Of a stretch of DNA of 64,000 bases, positions 1 through 12,866 are shown one piece after another. A program made the translations under genes and the position numbers. This stretch comes from Ascidiella aspersa (taxonomy: Eukaryota). The stretch lies in assembly GCA_963924565.1 (NCBI GenBank), contig OZ004607.1:8556001-8620000 (forward strand). The letters are read 5' to 3'. Under the pieces are notes generated by a model, which saw nothing but the letters and a program-made list of their open reading frames with translations, ran no database searches and was not told where the DNA came from. The stretch's first letter is position 1, and each line of letters opens with the position of its first letter.

Positions 1-309
1 AGTTTGCCAAAACTTGTAATTTAGAAGACTGTATTTTATAAGCGTTGCATGTTTTTTTAACTAGATCAAACATGGAAACGGTCAGGGCGTTAGCCTTTAG
101 TCGCAGTGAAAACCTGTAAAACAATACTTTCCAGAAGAGCCATATATTTTATTGTATATTAACTTTAAAGTTGCAAAAAAAGTAATATATATATATATCT
201 GGTCATACTTTTTATGTTTTGTCAAAATAAAAAGACAAAAAACAAAATTTAACTATAACTTATAAGTACACTTAAAGCCATTGCAGATTCACCGCATCTG
301 TCCATCAAT

Positions 310-447
310 GATGCAAGCAGGGTCGACTAGAAAAACAACTAGCCTGCAGTGAGGTTAGAACTCATAACCTCCGGTCAAGCCGGGACCATCGCTCTACCAA
401 CTGAGCTATTCAGGCTCAGAGAGGAGCGAGTCGAGAAACAGCCATAC
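310..447 (-). mobile_element. tRNA-derived SINE-like repeat, copy 1 (tRNA-like core 342-415)
   Basis: The minus strand reads gcctgaaTAGCTCAGTTGGTAGAGCg...gagTTCtAAcctcactgcaggc, with Pol III box A, a box B-like motif and acceptor-stem-like ends. The anticodon arm is non-canonical. A homologous copy lies at about 39149-39285. Confidence 0.75.
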
Positions 448-1091
448 GTCAATGCTTGCTCAATGATGATATGTAAGCCGTAATCGTTGGTCAAAAAGCA
501 GCTTCAGAAGGGCTAGATCTCAGTTGTTAACACTCATTTGTGTGTACATATGTTTCATTGAATATAACTTATAAGTTCGCAAATCAGCCATTTTAAAAAG
601 TGCCATATATATGACATACTGTCACTTTCAAAGCGGTCTACCACACACCAAAAATTATACGTTCTTGACACCGCCGAATCCGAACTTGATGAGCGATAGT
701 AAACTGGTTTATTTATTGGTGCAACCGGAAACATGTAATCATAACCAAACAATTCGAACATGCTTGCTGCTTGTTGGTCACTTATATTCCTTTTATTAAA
801 CCCTTAAAGGTATGCATTGCATAAATGGTTCAACAGTGCTCGCGGGCCATGAAAAATGATGTTGGGTCTAGGTTTGGACCACCCTGCTCTAGTTAGTACT
901 GTTACTGATGTTGGTTGCTAGTACCAATTTTTTTTATCTATTTTTATTGGGTTGACATTGTTTTTTACAATTGTAGCTTTGTGTATAGGAGGCATATGTT
1001 AACAACTGTAATACCTATTATGCTACTGAAATGCTAAATCATAACATCCACTCAACCCAGGCCAACACGTCTATATAATTGTTGCATGCAG

Positions 1092-2911
1092 ATTGAGCTT
1101 CTCGACTTAAGCCTTAACCATATGGATGAAGCTGGCGTGGAGCTGTTATGCTTGTGCCTTCCAAAAATCAGGAGACTTCGTCTAGTCCAATGCAGAATTA
1201 CATCTGACCATTTCCTGCTATTGGCAAACAGGATCGAACAACTACAACATCCAGTAAGTTTTAACAATGTGCTGTGTAAGGTTTCTAACATTTCCCTTTG
1301 CGAGACCCAAGTTTTTTAGATAATAATCATACATAATTAGACTAGGGATGAACAAAGTCCATTGGACCAAATTAAAAAAGTTAACGCTATGATGTCTTGA
1401 ATGCTTCATCAACATAACATTGCCATAGATGTCGTAAAATTTGCATTTTAGGAGTGGCCACATTAAAGTTTTTTGGGTCTTTGAAAACCTAGAAATTTTT
1501 TTTGAAAAGTCCTAGTGTGTGGTAACCCTGTAATAATAACGCAAGAAATCATTTAAAAGGTGTTAGCGAGAACAATCTGTGCGCTGTGTAATACCTCTTA
1601 TCTACACATATAAAAGTTGTTATAAGACGTAGATGTTGAATTCGAAAAGATTTATTCACTACTGACTTTCGTATTAAAAAACTCTTAATGTTTTATTACG
1701 CCCGTTATTCATTGCCCTTGTTCATGTTTTTTTTTCTGTTGGCTAAAACTGCTTTTGTTTATTCAGATGGCGGTGTTGGACCTAAATGGGAACACCATTG
1801 GCTCCGATTGTGCCAGATGTTGGGCAATACTAGCGCACAAAGTGGACGTGCTGGGGTTAAGAAATTGTGGAATCTATGAAATTGGAGTCTTTACCGATGC
1901 AATCGCACGCAGGAACTATCCAGTAGGTTGCCTCATCTAAACTGAAACGTGGCTTCCAGGGTGCGTCCAGTAAATTACCCTGACAACCTAAAAAGGGGGT
2001 AGTTGCTGAATTGCTGTGAAACTAGGCAAATTCAAAAACTAAGTATTGTGTAAACTTGACGACTTTAGCTATACATGGGGACAACGTCAAACAGCGCCTT
2101 TTTTCTCAGTAAGCGTCAAGAGAAACCGGTGTATTTATAAAACCACAGCAGGTAGTCGTCATTCCAGCTCACCATAGTCATTATTGAATTTCTTTATGGT
2201 TTTAACCAGGTTTATATCTCTCGTTTACTTTCCCCGTTACCGCGACAAACAGAATTTCTGAGAAAATAATCCAACATATTGATGGGTCCAGCGTCCAGGG
2301 TGGTTAATGTTCTTTATACTTTAGAGCAGGTCTACTCAACTGGAGGTTGATATCCGGACCTTTAAAGTGTGAACCTAAAAATATCTAGAAAAAATATTTT
2401 GACTTTTGGTAATACTATTCAAGTATCCATGTTTTATAGCGTTTGTTGTATATTGAATATAAGGCAACAAGACTCACAAATGCAAGTTTGTTGTTTAACC
2501 TCGAGTTTTATATCTTCGCAGATGGAGGCCATTGATATCAGCCAAAATCCTCTTGGCGACCGCGGGGCTTCTGCTTTAGCCAGATGTCGGAAAAATATTG
2601 AAAGGTTGGTCAGAAGCAACTGCAACTTTACGGCAGCTGGAGTGGAAACGCTGGAATCGGCTGAGTTGCGCCTCCTACAAGTAAGAACCCAGCTTATTTC
2701 GCTGTTTGACTATTGACAATAGTTAAGACAACTGATATATTAATTTATAAGCTAAAACAACATATTCGATAAATTGTTTCTAAATGATTTTAATAAAACT
2801 TCATTGTACAATTTGTTAATTTCCTTGTTTTGCCACTAGAACCAAGCCGGGAGGGATCATAGAACATTGATATCTGTGTTATGGACAGCATTGCAGAATG
2901 CTTTCCAATGA
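1092..2911 (+). CDS. 3' part of a ribonuclease-inhibitor-like leucine-rich-repeat protein (NLR/NOD-type LRR region); 5' exons lie outside the window. Exons 1092-1253, 1767-1922, 2522-2680, probable terminal exon 2840-2911
   Basis: Three phase-0 exons of 162/156/159 nt with cag| acceptors and |gta donors translate to IELLDLSLNHMDEAGVELLCLCLPKIRRLRLVQCRI..., MAVLDLNGNTIGSDCARC...LGLRNCGI and MEAIDISQNPLGDRGASALARC...SNCNFTAAGVETL, matching the RI-like LxLxxNxIGDxG motif. The terminal exon (NQAGRDHRTLISVLWTALQNAFQ*) is less certain. Confidence 0.8.
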
Positions 2912-5900
2912 GGAAATCTAGTCATAGGCTTATAGATTGTTTATTATTTGGAAAAGTACTCAATTCGATCATAAAATTGTTGTGTGTTTGCAGTTTTGGT
3001 TTGATTTCTCCTATATTTTCTGTTAAAAAAATTAGTTAAAAGTGTTGAGTTAAAAAAGCAATCACGGTAGTCGCCATTCCTGTTAAATATACATGTACGA
3101 CATTCGCATGGGCATATAGAGGATGTGCCAGGCCATACTTCTCCACCTAAGGCTTAAACTATATTTTTTGGTGTTTTAATTGCGAGAACTGTCGCCTGTT
3201 TTGCTATGATTGTGCTAATAGTTTGTTTTGTCCAACTTTTATGCGATGCATGTACTCTAGTGTCTAGAAATGTATTATTTTTCATAGTAAATTCACTAGG
3301 CCGGGATATTTCACATCAAATGACGTTACTGGCGTATTTTTGGACCTACATTTCATGCCAAAGATCTTTGGCGAAAAGGTACTAAAATGATCAGGCACTG
3401 TGTGACTAACCTCGGTAAACACTTGCTATTAAATAAATTATAAATATCGTTATTTCAAACAATATGTTTTAAAAATTTCTCCCAATTTTAACTTAACGTG
3501 CTTTTCAATCTGGTTTTGAGCTACATGTTTGCACATAAATACGCGCAAAACATCTTCTGTATGTAACAGTGTTCGAGGAAGAAAAACAAGCATGTTTACC
3601 GCCAGGACCAAGGTTGTAATTTGCCACACTCCTTATGTATTTCGTCATTAAACACACAAAAAATTTCGGCTTCGGCTCATTTTTTTTTTCATAACTAGTT
3701 TGCTTATTAATTGTCTTGTTTATCGCCTAAATGGCAAAGGTTTATACATTCTTTAGGCGAACACTTCATTTAAGTTTGGGTGCGCGATTAAAAAAAAACT
3801 GAAGAATTTAGGTCCAAACTGTTTGTCACCGGAAGGCTGGCAAGATTCCACCAGCCTGAGTATTATGGGTTTAAGTTGGAATACATTTTCGCAACCATTT
3901 GTTTTGTTCGGTTGTTTAATACAAACTTGGCTCTTTATGTTTTCTTTTCCTGTCCTTGTAAATACTGTTTCGTACGTGATTTGCATTAACACTGTAATCA
4001 ATAATATAAGTTTGTTTTATCATGATCGTTGTATTATTGTTCGTATCGTACCTCCTTACCAACAACAGTTGTAATTTTCCACCTTGTACAGTTGTTTGAC
4101 TTGCAGCTAAAACGGGGGAATTTTTCGTGCTTAATTAAAATTAACTTAAAGAAGGTATTCACTTTTGCCTTGTGTATTCGCATTTTTTTTTTCGCTATAA
4201 TAATAAATCATGATATTCTACAAACATATTTTTTATTGTTTTTTTAATTGTTTGATGTTGTTGAGTAAATTCAAGTGGATGATTTATACAAATTATTTTT
4301 TGTCTTACACACAATTCTGTAAAGATTTTTCCTCGTCACTTGTTTTTGCCTGCCGCTAAAAATCCTATTAGTTCATACACTCTCACTCTTCAAATTAGTT
4401 AACCTATAAAATTTAAAAAGCGAAAAAACTAGGGCATTCACATTAAAAGTTTTTGGCCAAATAGCGCCTAAGTGTCGAATTTAAATAAATAATCTTATAT
4501 ATTTAGCAGCAAATCATGAGCGCTGAATAGTTTACTAAACAGGGCCGTCGAACCAGGGTAAAGGACCTGGTCATGCCCTACAAAATATATTGTTTAGAGA
4601 TTTACTAGAAATGACAAATAATTTAATTCGCCCCTCGAGCGTAAATCTGTCTGTTTCGATCAGCTTGGCGCGATTAGACTGCACTTCTTAGGATTAACTG
4701 TTTCCTGACTATATCACGTCATTTCTTGAAAAAGTTGTCGCAATTAAACCATTTTAAACTGTTACAAATTGACAAAATTCACTATTCCAGCACATAGGCC
4801 TACAAAAATTCATTCTTTGTTTGTCAAAAAAAATATAATTTGAACTCCGTTGCAAACTAAAAAAGTTTTAAGAAGCCTTGGTTGAAAGACAAAAAGAATT
4901 AAAGTAACCTTTTTAATTTGGTAAACTATAGACTTCTTGCAAGTTTAAATTAAATAAATGAAGACATGTTTAAGATAAATATCTCTTAACCAAAAATCTA
5001 CTGCAGTCTAGAGCGTGTAAAAAAACTTACTGTAGTCAAAATAGGCTACGCAGTGGGAGCTCTAAGTTATATTTATTTTTAAAACAGGTTCCTCTGGCAA
5101 TATATATTATTTTCTACTAACGTTTGTTTCGGTTTACTATCCGTCAAGCCTTCGTAAGGGACTGACACACAAAGCCAACAAGACGTAAAGTAAAATCACA
5201 CTAAGAAAAAATAAGATAAAAATGTGCGAGACGCGTTCAAAATTCACAGCGATAAAACAACGTTCAAAATATAAAGCGATAAGACAACGCGCCAGGATTC
5301 GCGAAACAGGCGTTTCGGTATTCGCTCTCTCTTGCAAGAACAGAGCCCCCATGGAAATTAATATCGTGAAAATAGTATATATTGCCAAAGGAACCTGTTT
5401 TAAATGTTCTATGCCTGGTAGCAACAGCATATTTAATTTTTTGCAATGATTTTCTTACAACGATGTACAAACTCTGTTTTGCCAACTTAAACATTGAAAC
5501 TGCAAAAAAAATTTTTTTTTAACTTTTCTGTTTTGTACTTTCGTTAACTTTTTTAGCACAAAGTCTCTTCACTATATTTTTTTTAAAAGTTGTTCTGTGG
5601 CCCAAGAATCTTCGTACACCTTGATGTCCGATCTCGCACCCCCAAGTACCCCCGGTTGGGAACCCCTGGTGTAAGGTATAACGGCCCTATTTAATTATTT
5701 TTGCGCAAATCGATTTTGTAATATTGCCATTGTATTGTGTGTCGTCACATCTTTTGAAACACGATATCTCAATGTTCAATTTTTGTGCTTGACATTTTTA
5801 TTTGCGCTCGATTTCACAGCCGTACAACTGTCGAGTAAATGCCCTCACAACACGTTTGTCAAAATCAGCTCGTGCACGAGCAATTTGTTGTGTGCACAAT

Positions 5901-8900
5901 GAGAAAAGCCTCCTGAATTTACAGTTTAGCGCCAATTCAACCAATCAAACACAATTTTTTTCGCGCTTTGCGCGACCAGCGACATTCTTCTCTATTTTAA
6001 TGTTGTCTCAGTTATATTTAATTCAAAAAGCCGAATTGCGTTTTGTATGCCATTCCTTGTGGGTATGGCACGTTTTTCTTAAACGTAACAATCCTACGTT
6101 TTACTTGCAGACAAAAATGTCCTTTTTTGGGGTGCTGAAAATATGGTAGCCCTATGTTTTGGTAGTTCAATGTGCATGAGCTTTAGCATGAAGTAATAAG
6201 GTTACTTATGAATCTCATTAGAATACTTTGCCTCGGTGAAGTTACCGAACTCTTCAAGATGGAGAGAAATTGTCGAAAGTTGTTCATATCACTGTTGTCT
6301 GATTCTGATACATGTCCAATTGTCCACACAAGTTTGTCTGGCTATCAGGAAGCGAAGCATTTTATTCATTCAAAGCTCTTGCTTATAAAATATATTGCGT
6401 AGGCTTAACACGTGATAAGAGCGAGGCAACTAACGTTTTCTTGTCTTTCTCTTGTACACGGAAATATAATTCCTATCCAAATATGGTAAAATCTGGCGAT
6501 TGCGTATTAAAATTTTTACCGTAAATCCTTCATGACAGAAACAGTTTAAAGCAAAGCGAACTAGGTCGGTTTTTAGCTCAGCGGATGTGTGTCCTTACTC
6601 GCGGCCATTTCGCTATAGGCGGAAGTTTTGTTAGAAACGGTGTTTTTACAATTTCTGCAAACTGCATGCTTAAAAAGTTTCAGTAATTTTCCACTAAAAA
6701 CAGCGCCAATAAGGCTTACAGCGCGCAAGGGCATACATGGCAAGTTAACACAATACAATAAATATTCATTACATGTGACATTCATTCGAATTAAGATATA
6801 CTGACGATGCATTAGTTGGCGAAATATATATATATCGTTAAGATCTGGTTAATGTGTCTGACCTGAATTGCTAGCTTTGCTAGATTATTTTGCTGTTACT
6901 GATCAGGAATTAAGGTCGACATTTATCTTGCAAGGGTCAAGGTGATTTCTATTTTTCACATGTTCAGTGCAACACTAATACATGTGACATTACGCATAAT
7001 AGTGCTACAAACATCACTCCTGCAGTGGGTTATCCAATCCTATTCACTACACATATTTATTTCCAGTTTGTGCGGCGCCAACATGCTTCGCAAAACTTTG
7101 TTTAGTAATGTATAAATGTGCTCCAATTTCCACTCGCAGGAAACTAAACGCCAAAGAAAAACAGCTAAAATCGAAGACATATTGTTTATAATTACTAGCG
7201 AAATAAAAAACGAGGCTACAAAGGCTATATAAAAAACATTAAATTTAGTTGTATTTCTAATTAACGTGGTATGGTCGGCGGAAGGGGAAATTTATGGAGA
7301 CAAAACAAAGAGCATATATTGGTGTAATTAATATTTTATTCTACTTTTTGTAAGTTATATTGCTTTTGTTTTAGCTTCTGATTTCAGTTGAAGGTGTTTG
7401 TCTTAAAAAACAAATAGGCTAAGCAACAAAAACGTATTCTGTGGGTTTGATAAATAGTTGTTTGCCGTGATGAGTTAAGTTCCAACGCTGTAACGACTGC
7501 GAATTTACTCTCCCATTTGACTTCGTATGCATTTACAAACGTGTTGTACAATATTTCCTAATCTACGCATGTAAAGACTTTAAACGCTGCAATTATGTCG
7601 TATTATCGTATCGTAAAAAGTAAAAACGAGCGAATTACAATTAAGCGTTGCAATTGTGCTCGTCTGTAAGCAACGACTGATCAAAAGTTTGTGAATTTAT
7701 GCCTCGCAGGTGGATGAACGACATGTTAATCTCGACAACAAGAAGGACTTCGACTTAACACTCAAGACTTGTACCAACTTTTAGACTGCGACACTTCAAC
7801 AGCAATCTGAGACCAATTAGAAAGGTTGAATATTTAAAATGAAAACACAAAACTCCGATACCGATACCGGTAACTGATATTTTGAGAAAAAAGTGTTGCC
7901 GCCCCAACAGATACCAATGACATAACCACTGATACAATATAACCAAATTGAGGAATCCTACTATTGCATATCTGTTGTTGGCTCCGGTCCGACATTATAG
8001 GACACCATTACTCTTTGCTCGGTTATATGTCTTACGAATTGTTTTCAGGAAGACTTGTTGTTTATATGATTTACGTTTTTGCATTCGGTTTCAGTTACCA
8101 CACAATTCAACTGACGGTCAATTATAAAAAAATGGCATATTTTGATTTGCTAAATCGCTCCCTAATCAGCTACAATTTGCTTCCAAATAGATGTCTTACT
8201 TTCCAACAGACAATGGAACCAATTGTAAGCGAAGAATTCGGGCAAGCGACCGAGTCTCATAAAAGCAGCGTTGAAGACCTATCTGTATTAATGAATGAGT
8301 TACGGAGTCATGGATTTAATGAAATTGGGGAACGTTTATTTGCATCTCGGTAATTTCGTTTAAGTTTTTAGTTTGCTACGGGTATCAAATCACAATTTCA
8401 TTACAAATGTTATCTTCACGGCAAAACGTTGCTTTGGATCGCAAATCATGGCTAAAAATCATATAGTCTTGAAATCAGATCGGCACTAAAACCTTTAAAA
8501 AAAACGATACTAGGCTACCACTTGGCATTAAAATTATCAGAAATCACTTCGCTATATTTTTCGAATATACTAGGAAATAGATTTGCTTTGTCTAAGGGTG
8601 GATTTTGGACTATCGATTTAGGCCAAAATGGTTGTCGGGGGTCTACAGTTACTTTTTATCCAAATTACTGATAATAAGGAATCTGTGTTTCAAATTTTTA
8701 ATACCAAGCCTTCAAGACTATGTTATCTTTTTTGTCCTGTAAAAACAAACATTGCAGGCTGTCATACCGCAGCAAATCAAACTGTTATCATATCACAAAG
8801 CTTTAGCGCCTTTCTCTGACTTAGTAGAGGCAAATCTCGAAATTAGGTGTTAAAAAATAAATTGTTTTCTGCTGGAACCTTCGTAAATAAACACATTTTC

Positions 8901-9399
8901 TGTAAATTTGAAGGATCTGCAATCTAATCATATGCAACTCGCGGTCATAATTTTGTTACCTTGTATGAATACCTTGGTTTAAATTCATTTGAATCTTAGT
9001 TGGTATTGAAAAACACTTTTGTTCGAACTCTGTGATTTTCAAATGCTAAATCCGCCAATAGCGATAAAAACCAACCAAAGCCAAACAATTGGTTTTGCTG
9101 AAGGCCTTATAATTATTGGACGTTAATTAGAGGCAAGAAAGAAAGACACTTCGCCTTGATTAAACTTTGCGGAATGTTAGATCACCTTCATAAGGCCACA
9201 AAATACTGTTTAGCACAATAAAGGTTTGGACTGAGTTATCGACCTGTAGGATTCCACTGTTCAAAGATAAATACTTCTTTGTATGTGAACAGTACTATTA
9301 GCAATCGAAGTTAATTTTGCTTCTTATAATGTACCTACAAATGCCGAGAGATAGAACGATGAGAACATTGCGACTTGCGATATTTCTGGAGCAAACTAG

Positions 9400-11317
9400 T
9401 TCTTCTCTGTTACCTGTTGCTTGGTTTCTCTGCTGCAGTTCGCCATCGCGACATATGTGCCTTATCACGGCTACGAGCAGCCTGATTGGAAAGAAGTGGG
9501 CCACCAACCCACGGTGCGTAAGTTTTGTCTGAACTGTCCAATGTGCAAGCTTAGAAACCGTGTCCAGATTACCTCGCGGCCCAGTTTTCTAGTAGAGAAT
9601 TTAAGAAACGTGTCTCTGAGAATCCAAAAGTTATTGCAGAAAATAGTAAGGTATATTAAATAACAAAGCAATTTTGTAAAAAGGCTGGGTCGAGCAGACC
9701 TTTTTATTCTGACGAGTGCTAGCTGGCAGGTGTAAATTGTAATACAATATTAAATTGTTTGCGGTCTATGATTATTTGCATTGCAGGACAAGACATTCGA
9801 GATCCGGCACTATCCGGCTGCTAACTGGACAACCACCACCCTCGAAGCTGATTGCAATGATGCACTAAAGCCGGGCTTTATGAGGTTGTTCGAATACATA
9901 CAAGGCTCAAACGCAGACGGTAAAACAATGTTGCGAAATAATTGTGGCTTGCCTAAATATATATCCGATTTTTGAATGGGTAGTATAAAAGCCTAATGTA
10001 TTGACCTACAAAAAATCTGTGTAATAAAGCTAAGATGGCATCCTATACCAGGGGTCGGGAACCTTTTTGGCACTGCGGACCGGTTTGAAACTAAAATTTT
10101 GTCGCGGACCGGCCTTGAAAAAAACGACAAATGTTCAGGAAATGAAATTTTTTACAACTTTCAATGCGAACTTTATGCTTGTTTTGCCGCAAAGAGATGC
10201 TCCCACCTAAAGATTATTGAACTTATTGAAACCCGCGAGCGGTATCGGACAAGCAAAACAATTTAGTTCAACCCAGCCCGCGGCTCATTTCATTAACTTT
10301 TAGGCCTTTACGTTTTTTCCTAAATTACACTGGTATATATATCAGAATTACCAAATTCCTATATTCTCGCCAGCTTCTCAAAATTTGGATATTTAAGTTC
10401 GTTTTTCAACAAAATTTCAATCTTGCAACCCTGCTACGGACCGGCGTTTGCCGACCTCGGTCCTATACGACCTCTTAACTGTAGTACTACTGTTCTGGCG
10501 TAGGTTAAAGTTCTGTTAATTTCTGGCTGTGAACGTTTGTACTTGCAGGGCTGTTATGGTCAATGTCAGTTTTCTGTTAATTTCAAAGTTTTCTTTTAGG
10601 TCTCACCATTGCCATGACGGTGCCAGTTACTACGCATTTCACCTTGGGAACCACCTTGTTCGACGCCGATTTAAATATGTCGTTCTACCTACCACAGTCG
10701 ATGAACGACGAAGCTCCGGCTCCCACCAACAGCCTGGTGCGAATTGAACACCGGAAAGCTATGACTGTGAGTGGCAGGGATTAACGTTACGTGACGTAGC
10801 TAGGGTTACTATACGTTTGTGGATGTTTTGCGGCCATTTGGAAAAAGCTAAATAAGAGGAGCGGTTCGTCCAACGTACGCTAAATGAGACTACATGGTAG
10901 CCTAGAATAAACACGGCACGATTTACGTTCGGTTCTTAAAATTCGGGATGAGTAAACATTTCGTTAGGGCTGCATGTTTCGTGCTTGCTGTTGATTTGCG
11001 CAGTAGTTCCAAACTTTTTGTCGTGCAACAGCTTGCAACATACACGTAGTATTGTACCCAGAATTTTGCCAATGAAACCGAATGATTTTTATACGATAAT
11101 GCTGGCATTTTGAAGCGGCTGTTTCTGCAAACTTTCGGTGGTTCCCTAATGCTGTTTTTAGGTTTAAAAAGACTTATTTTCTTTCTCCCAGGACTTTCTC
11201 CGGTTTTGCATCGCGTGGTGATTGGTGGAAGCATCTCTACCTGCTCCGCACCGACCTCTTGCGGAACGGCGTGGGCGACGACTCGATCGTGACCACAAGT
11301 TACATGACTGCTGGATA
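9400..11317 (+). pseudogene. Disabled duplicate of the SOUL heme-binding protein gene; exon remnants 9400-9513, 9787-9919, 10600-10766, 11192-11317
   Basis: Compared with the intact copy: a deletion of about 59 bp removes the ATG (aactaG TTC in place of ATG TTC); an 11-bp deletion (gtatacgttcg) at the end of exon 3 changes the splice phase; and a 133-bp deletion removes the DSPMRLFGRRNEVW motif, the stop codon and the AATAAA. Confidence 0.88.
10049..10460. mobile_element. Non-autonomous hAT-type MITE in intron 2 of the SOUL pseudogene
   Basis: Imperfect TIRs CAGGGGTCGGGAACC / GTTTGCCGACCTCGG and a perfect 8-bp TSD tcctatac (10041-10048, 10461-10468). The element is absent at the paralogous site in unit B (about 15870, gcatcctagc). 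Confidence 0.85.
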
Positions 11318-12277
11318 TTTATGCTGTTTATATCCGCTCAAACTATAACGCCAAGGAAATAAGGAATATTAGGGTTTTCGGTCTTACCTGTGGACCGCGC
11401 GGTAAACTATTATTATTTCACTTTAGTTGTAGCCACCGTGATAGTCGTGGTTTTTATTTGGCTCCTTACTCCATCGAACAAAACTAAAAAATACTTATTC
11501 CTTAGTAAATGCATATTGTGGCATGTTGCAATGTGCGTCTTAAACTCCTCTACAAAAAATATTCGACCAATATTAGAATCTGGTGCGCCACCTAACCATA
11601 AACTAAAAGTTTCATTTTACACCAAAAAAAAATTTTTCGACTAAGAAAGCATATTTGCTCACAGGTAGCTTTAAAACAAACTGGCTTTTATGATTTGTTG
11701 TTTAGTAACGGCGAAACGTTAAGACTTCACTTTGTAACATCCTTCTACCAATTTTCATAACTCCTAAACATAAATCCTGCGGATCTGTCGCTGTTGTAGT
11801 AGTTGCTTCACGTAGCGAGCCTATAATTGGCCATTAAAGAGTATTCTCGGCCTCGCCAAAAAAAGTTCGCCGACCACTGGTTTAATGTAATTTTTGTTTT
11901 AATTTGGAAGGAATACAGTTTTAAGGTAATAATGAACAAAATTGAAGCAACTTCTTTCCTAGAGCAACGGTCACCGATTTACGGCCAGCGGACCAGACCG
12001 ACCCGCCGCATTTAGTTTTTAGTTAGGGCCGCGGTTTATTTCCGAAATGATTTCAAAATACTGTTTCAATACGTCATGAACGGAAATATTTATCTAAAGC
12101 AAAACTAAGCTATAAATTTTAAACTAAACGACAATAAATTTTTTTACGTTTCTTTCCTTTAAACTAATTGGGTCACGCCTTCTTTATCTTTACAATTATC
12201 CGACCTGCGATCGCCATTCCCTGCAGTTATCCAGTTGTTATGAAAAAAGTTTGGTCACCCCTCTAATAGATACAGAA

Positions 12278-12537
12278 ACCTTGTAACGAATAATAATCTT
12301 TGTCACTACGTGCTTAAGGAGGTTAAGGCCATGTCCAGGCTCGGTTTGTGATTTGGTTGCATTAGAAAAGAAAATATTTGAAAAGGTATATTTATCAGAC
12401 AAATTACAACCTTATAACGAATAACTTTTGTCACTTTACGCGCGTACGGAAGTTAAAGAAGCCATGTCCAGGCTCGGTTTGTGATTTGGTTGCATAAGAC
12501 AAGCGAATTTTCGGGAAGTTATATTTATTAGACACAT
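12278..12537. repeat. Two-unit tandem repeat of about 130 bp
   Basis: The unit acctt(g/a)taacgaataa...gccatgtccaggctcggtttgtgatttggttgcat...tatatttat(c/t)agaca occurs twice. It is also present in unit B at about 17689-17948. Confidence 0.85.
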
Positions 12538-12784
12538 TTTTATCAACAACACTACACAATTGATTACATTTATTCGGTACAGTAAACGATATGATTCACC
12601 TCAACTGAACTCCGAACCCTTATCCAAAATCCGAACCCTTATTTCGGAAAAATCGACAACACTTAAAAACGGCGATAAATCTCTTAGGATTTTGTAATGC
12701 GAACTGTCTTCTAGTTGGGCTTGATTCACCACAGATTTAAAACATTATTATAACACGATCGTCAAGCGTCGTTTTGTCTTACAG

Positions 12785-12866
12785 CAAAGACTGCCGTTCA
12801 GCCGACAAGCAAATCTGGGTGATGAATGAACTGCTTGTGGCAATGAGAATTGTAAAGCTCTACGCG
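12785..12866 (+). pseudogene. Orphan fragment of an ABCC (MRP4-like) ABC transporter exon
   Basis: After the acceptor ttttgtcttacag the sequence reads (A)KTAV[-1 frameshift]ADKQIWVMNELLVAMRIVKLYA, matching the ABCC TMD1 motif KT..DxRIrxMNE...MRIIKxYAWE. It is truncated by a local aagctctacgc duplication. Confidence 0.7.

Larger units (their letters stand above)
8936..12760 (+). repeat. Tandem segmental duplication, unit A (paralogous to about 14748-18338)
   Basis: Colinear similarity runs from aactcgcgg...ccaaccaaagccaaa through the SOUL exons to ttgattcaccaca...tattata. The 3' half is near-identical to unit B. Boundaries are approximate. Confidence 0.9.

Noticed and set aside
342-415. Functional tRNA gene (also 39181-39254)
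   Set aside because: The anticodon arm has non-canonical length and loop, the stems carry mismatches, and the two diverged copies share flanks, so this is a repeat rather than a tRNA.
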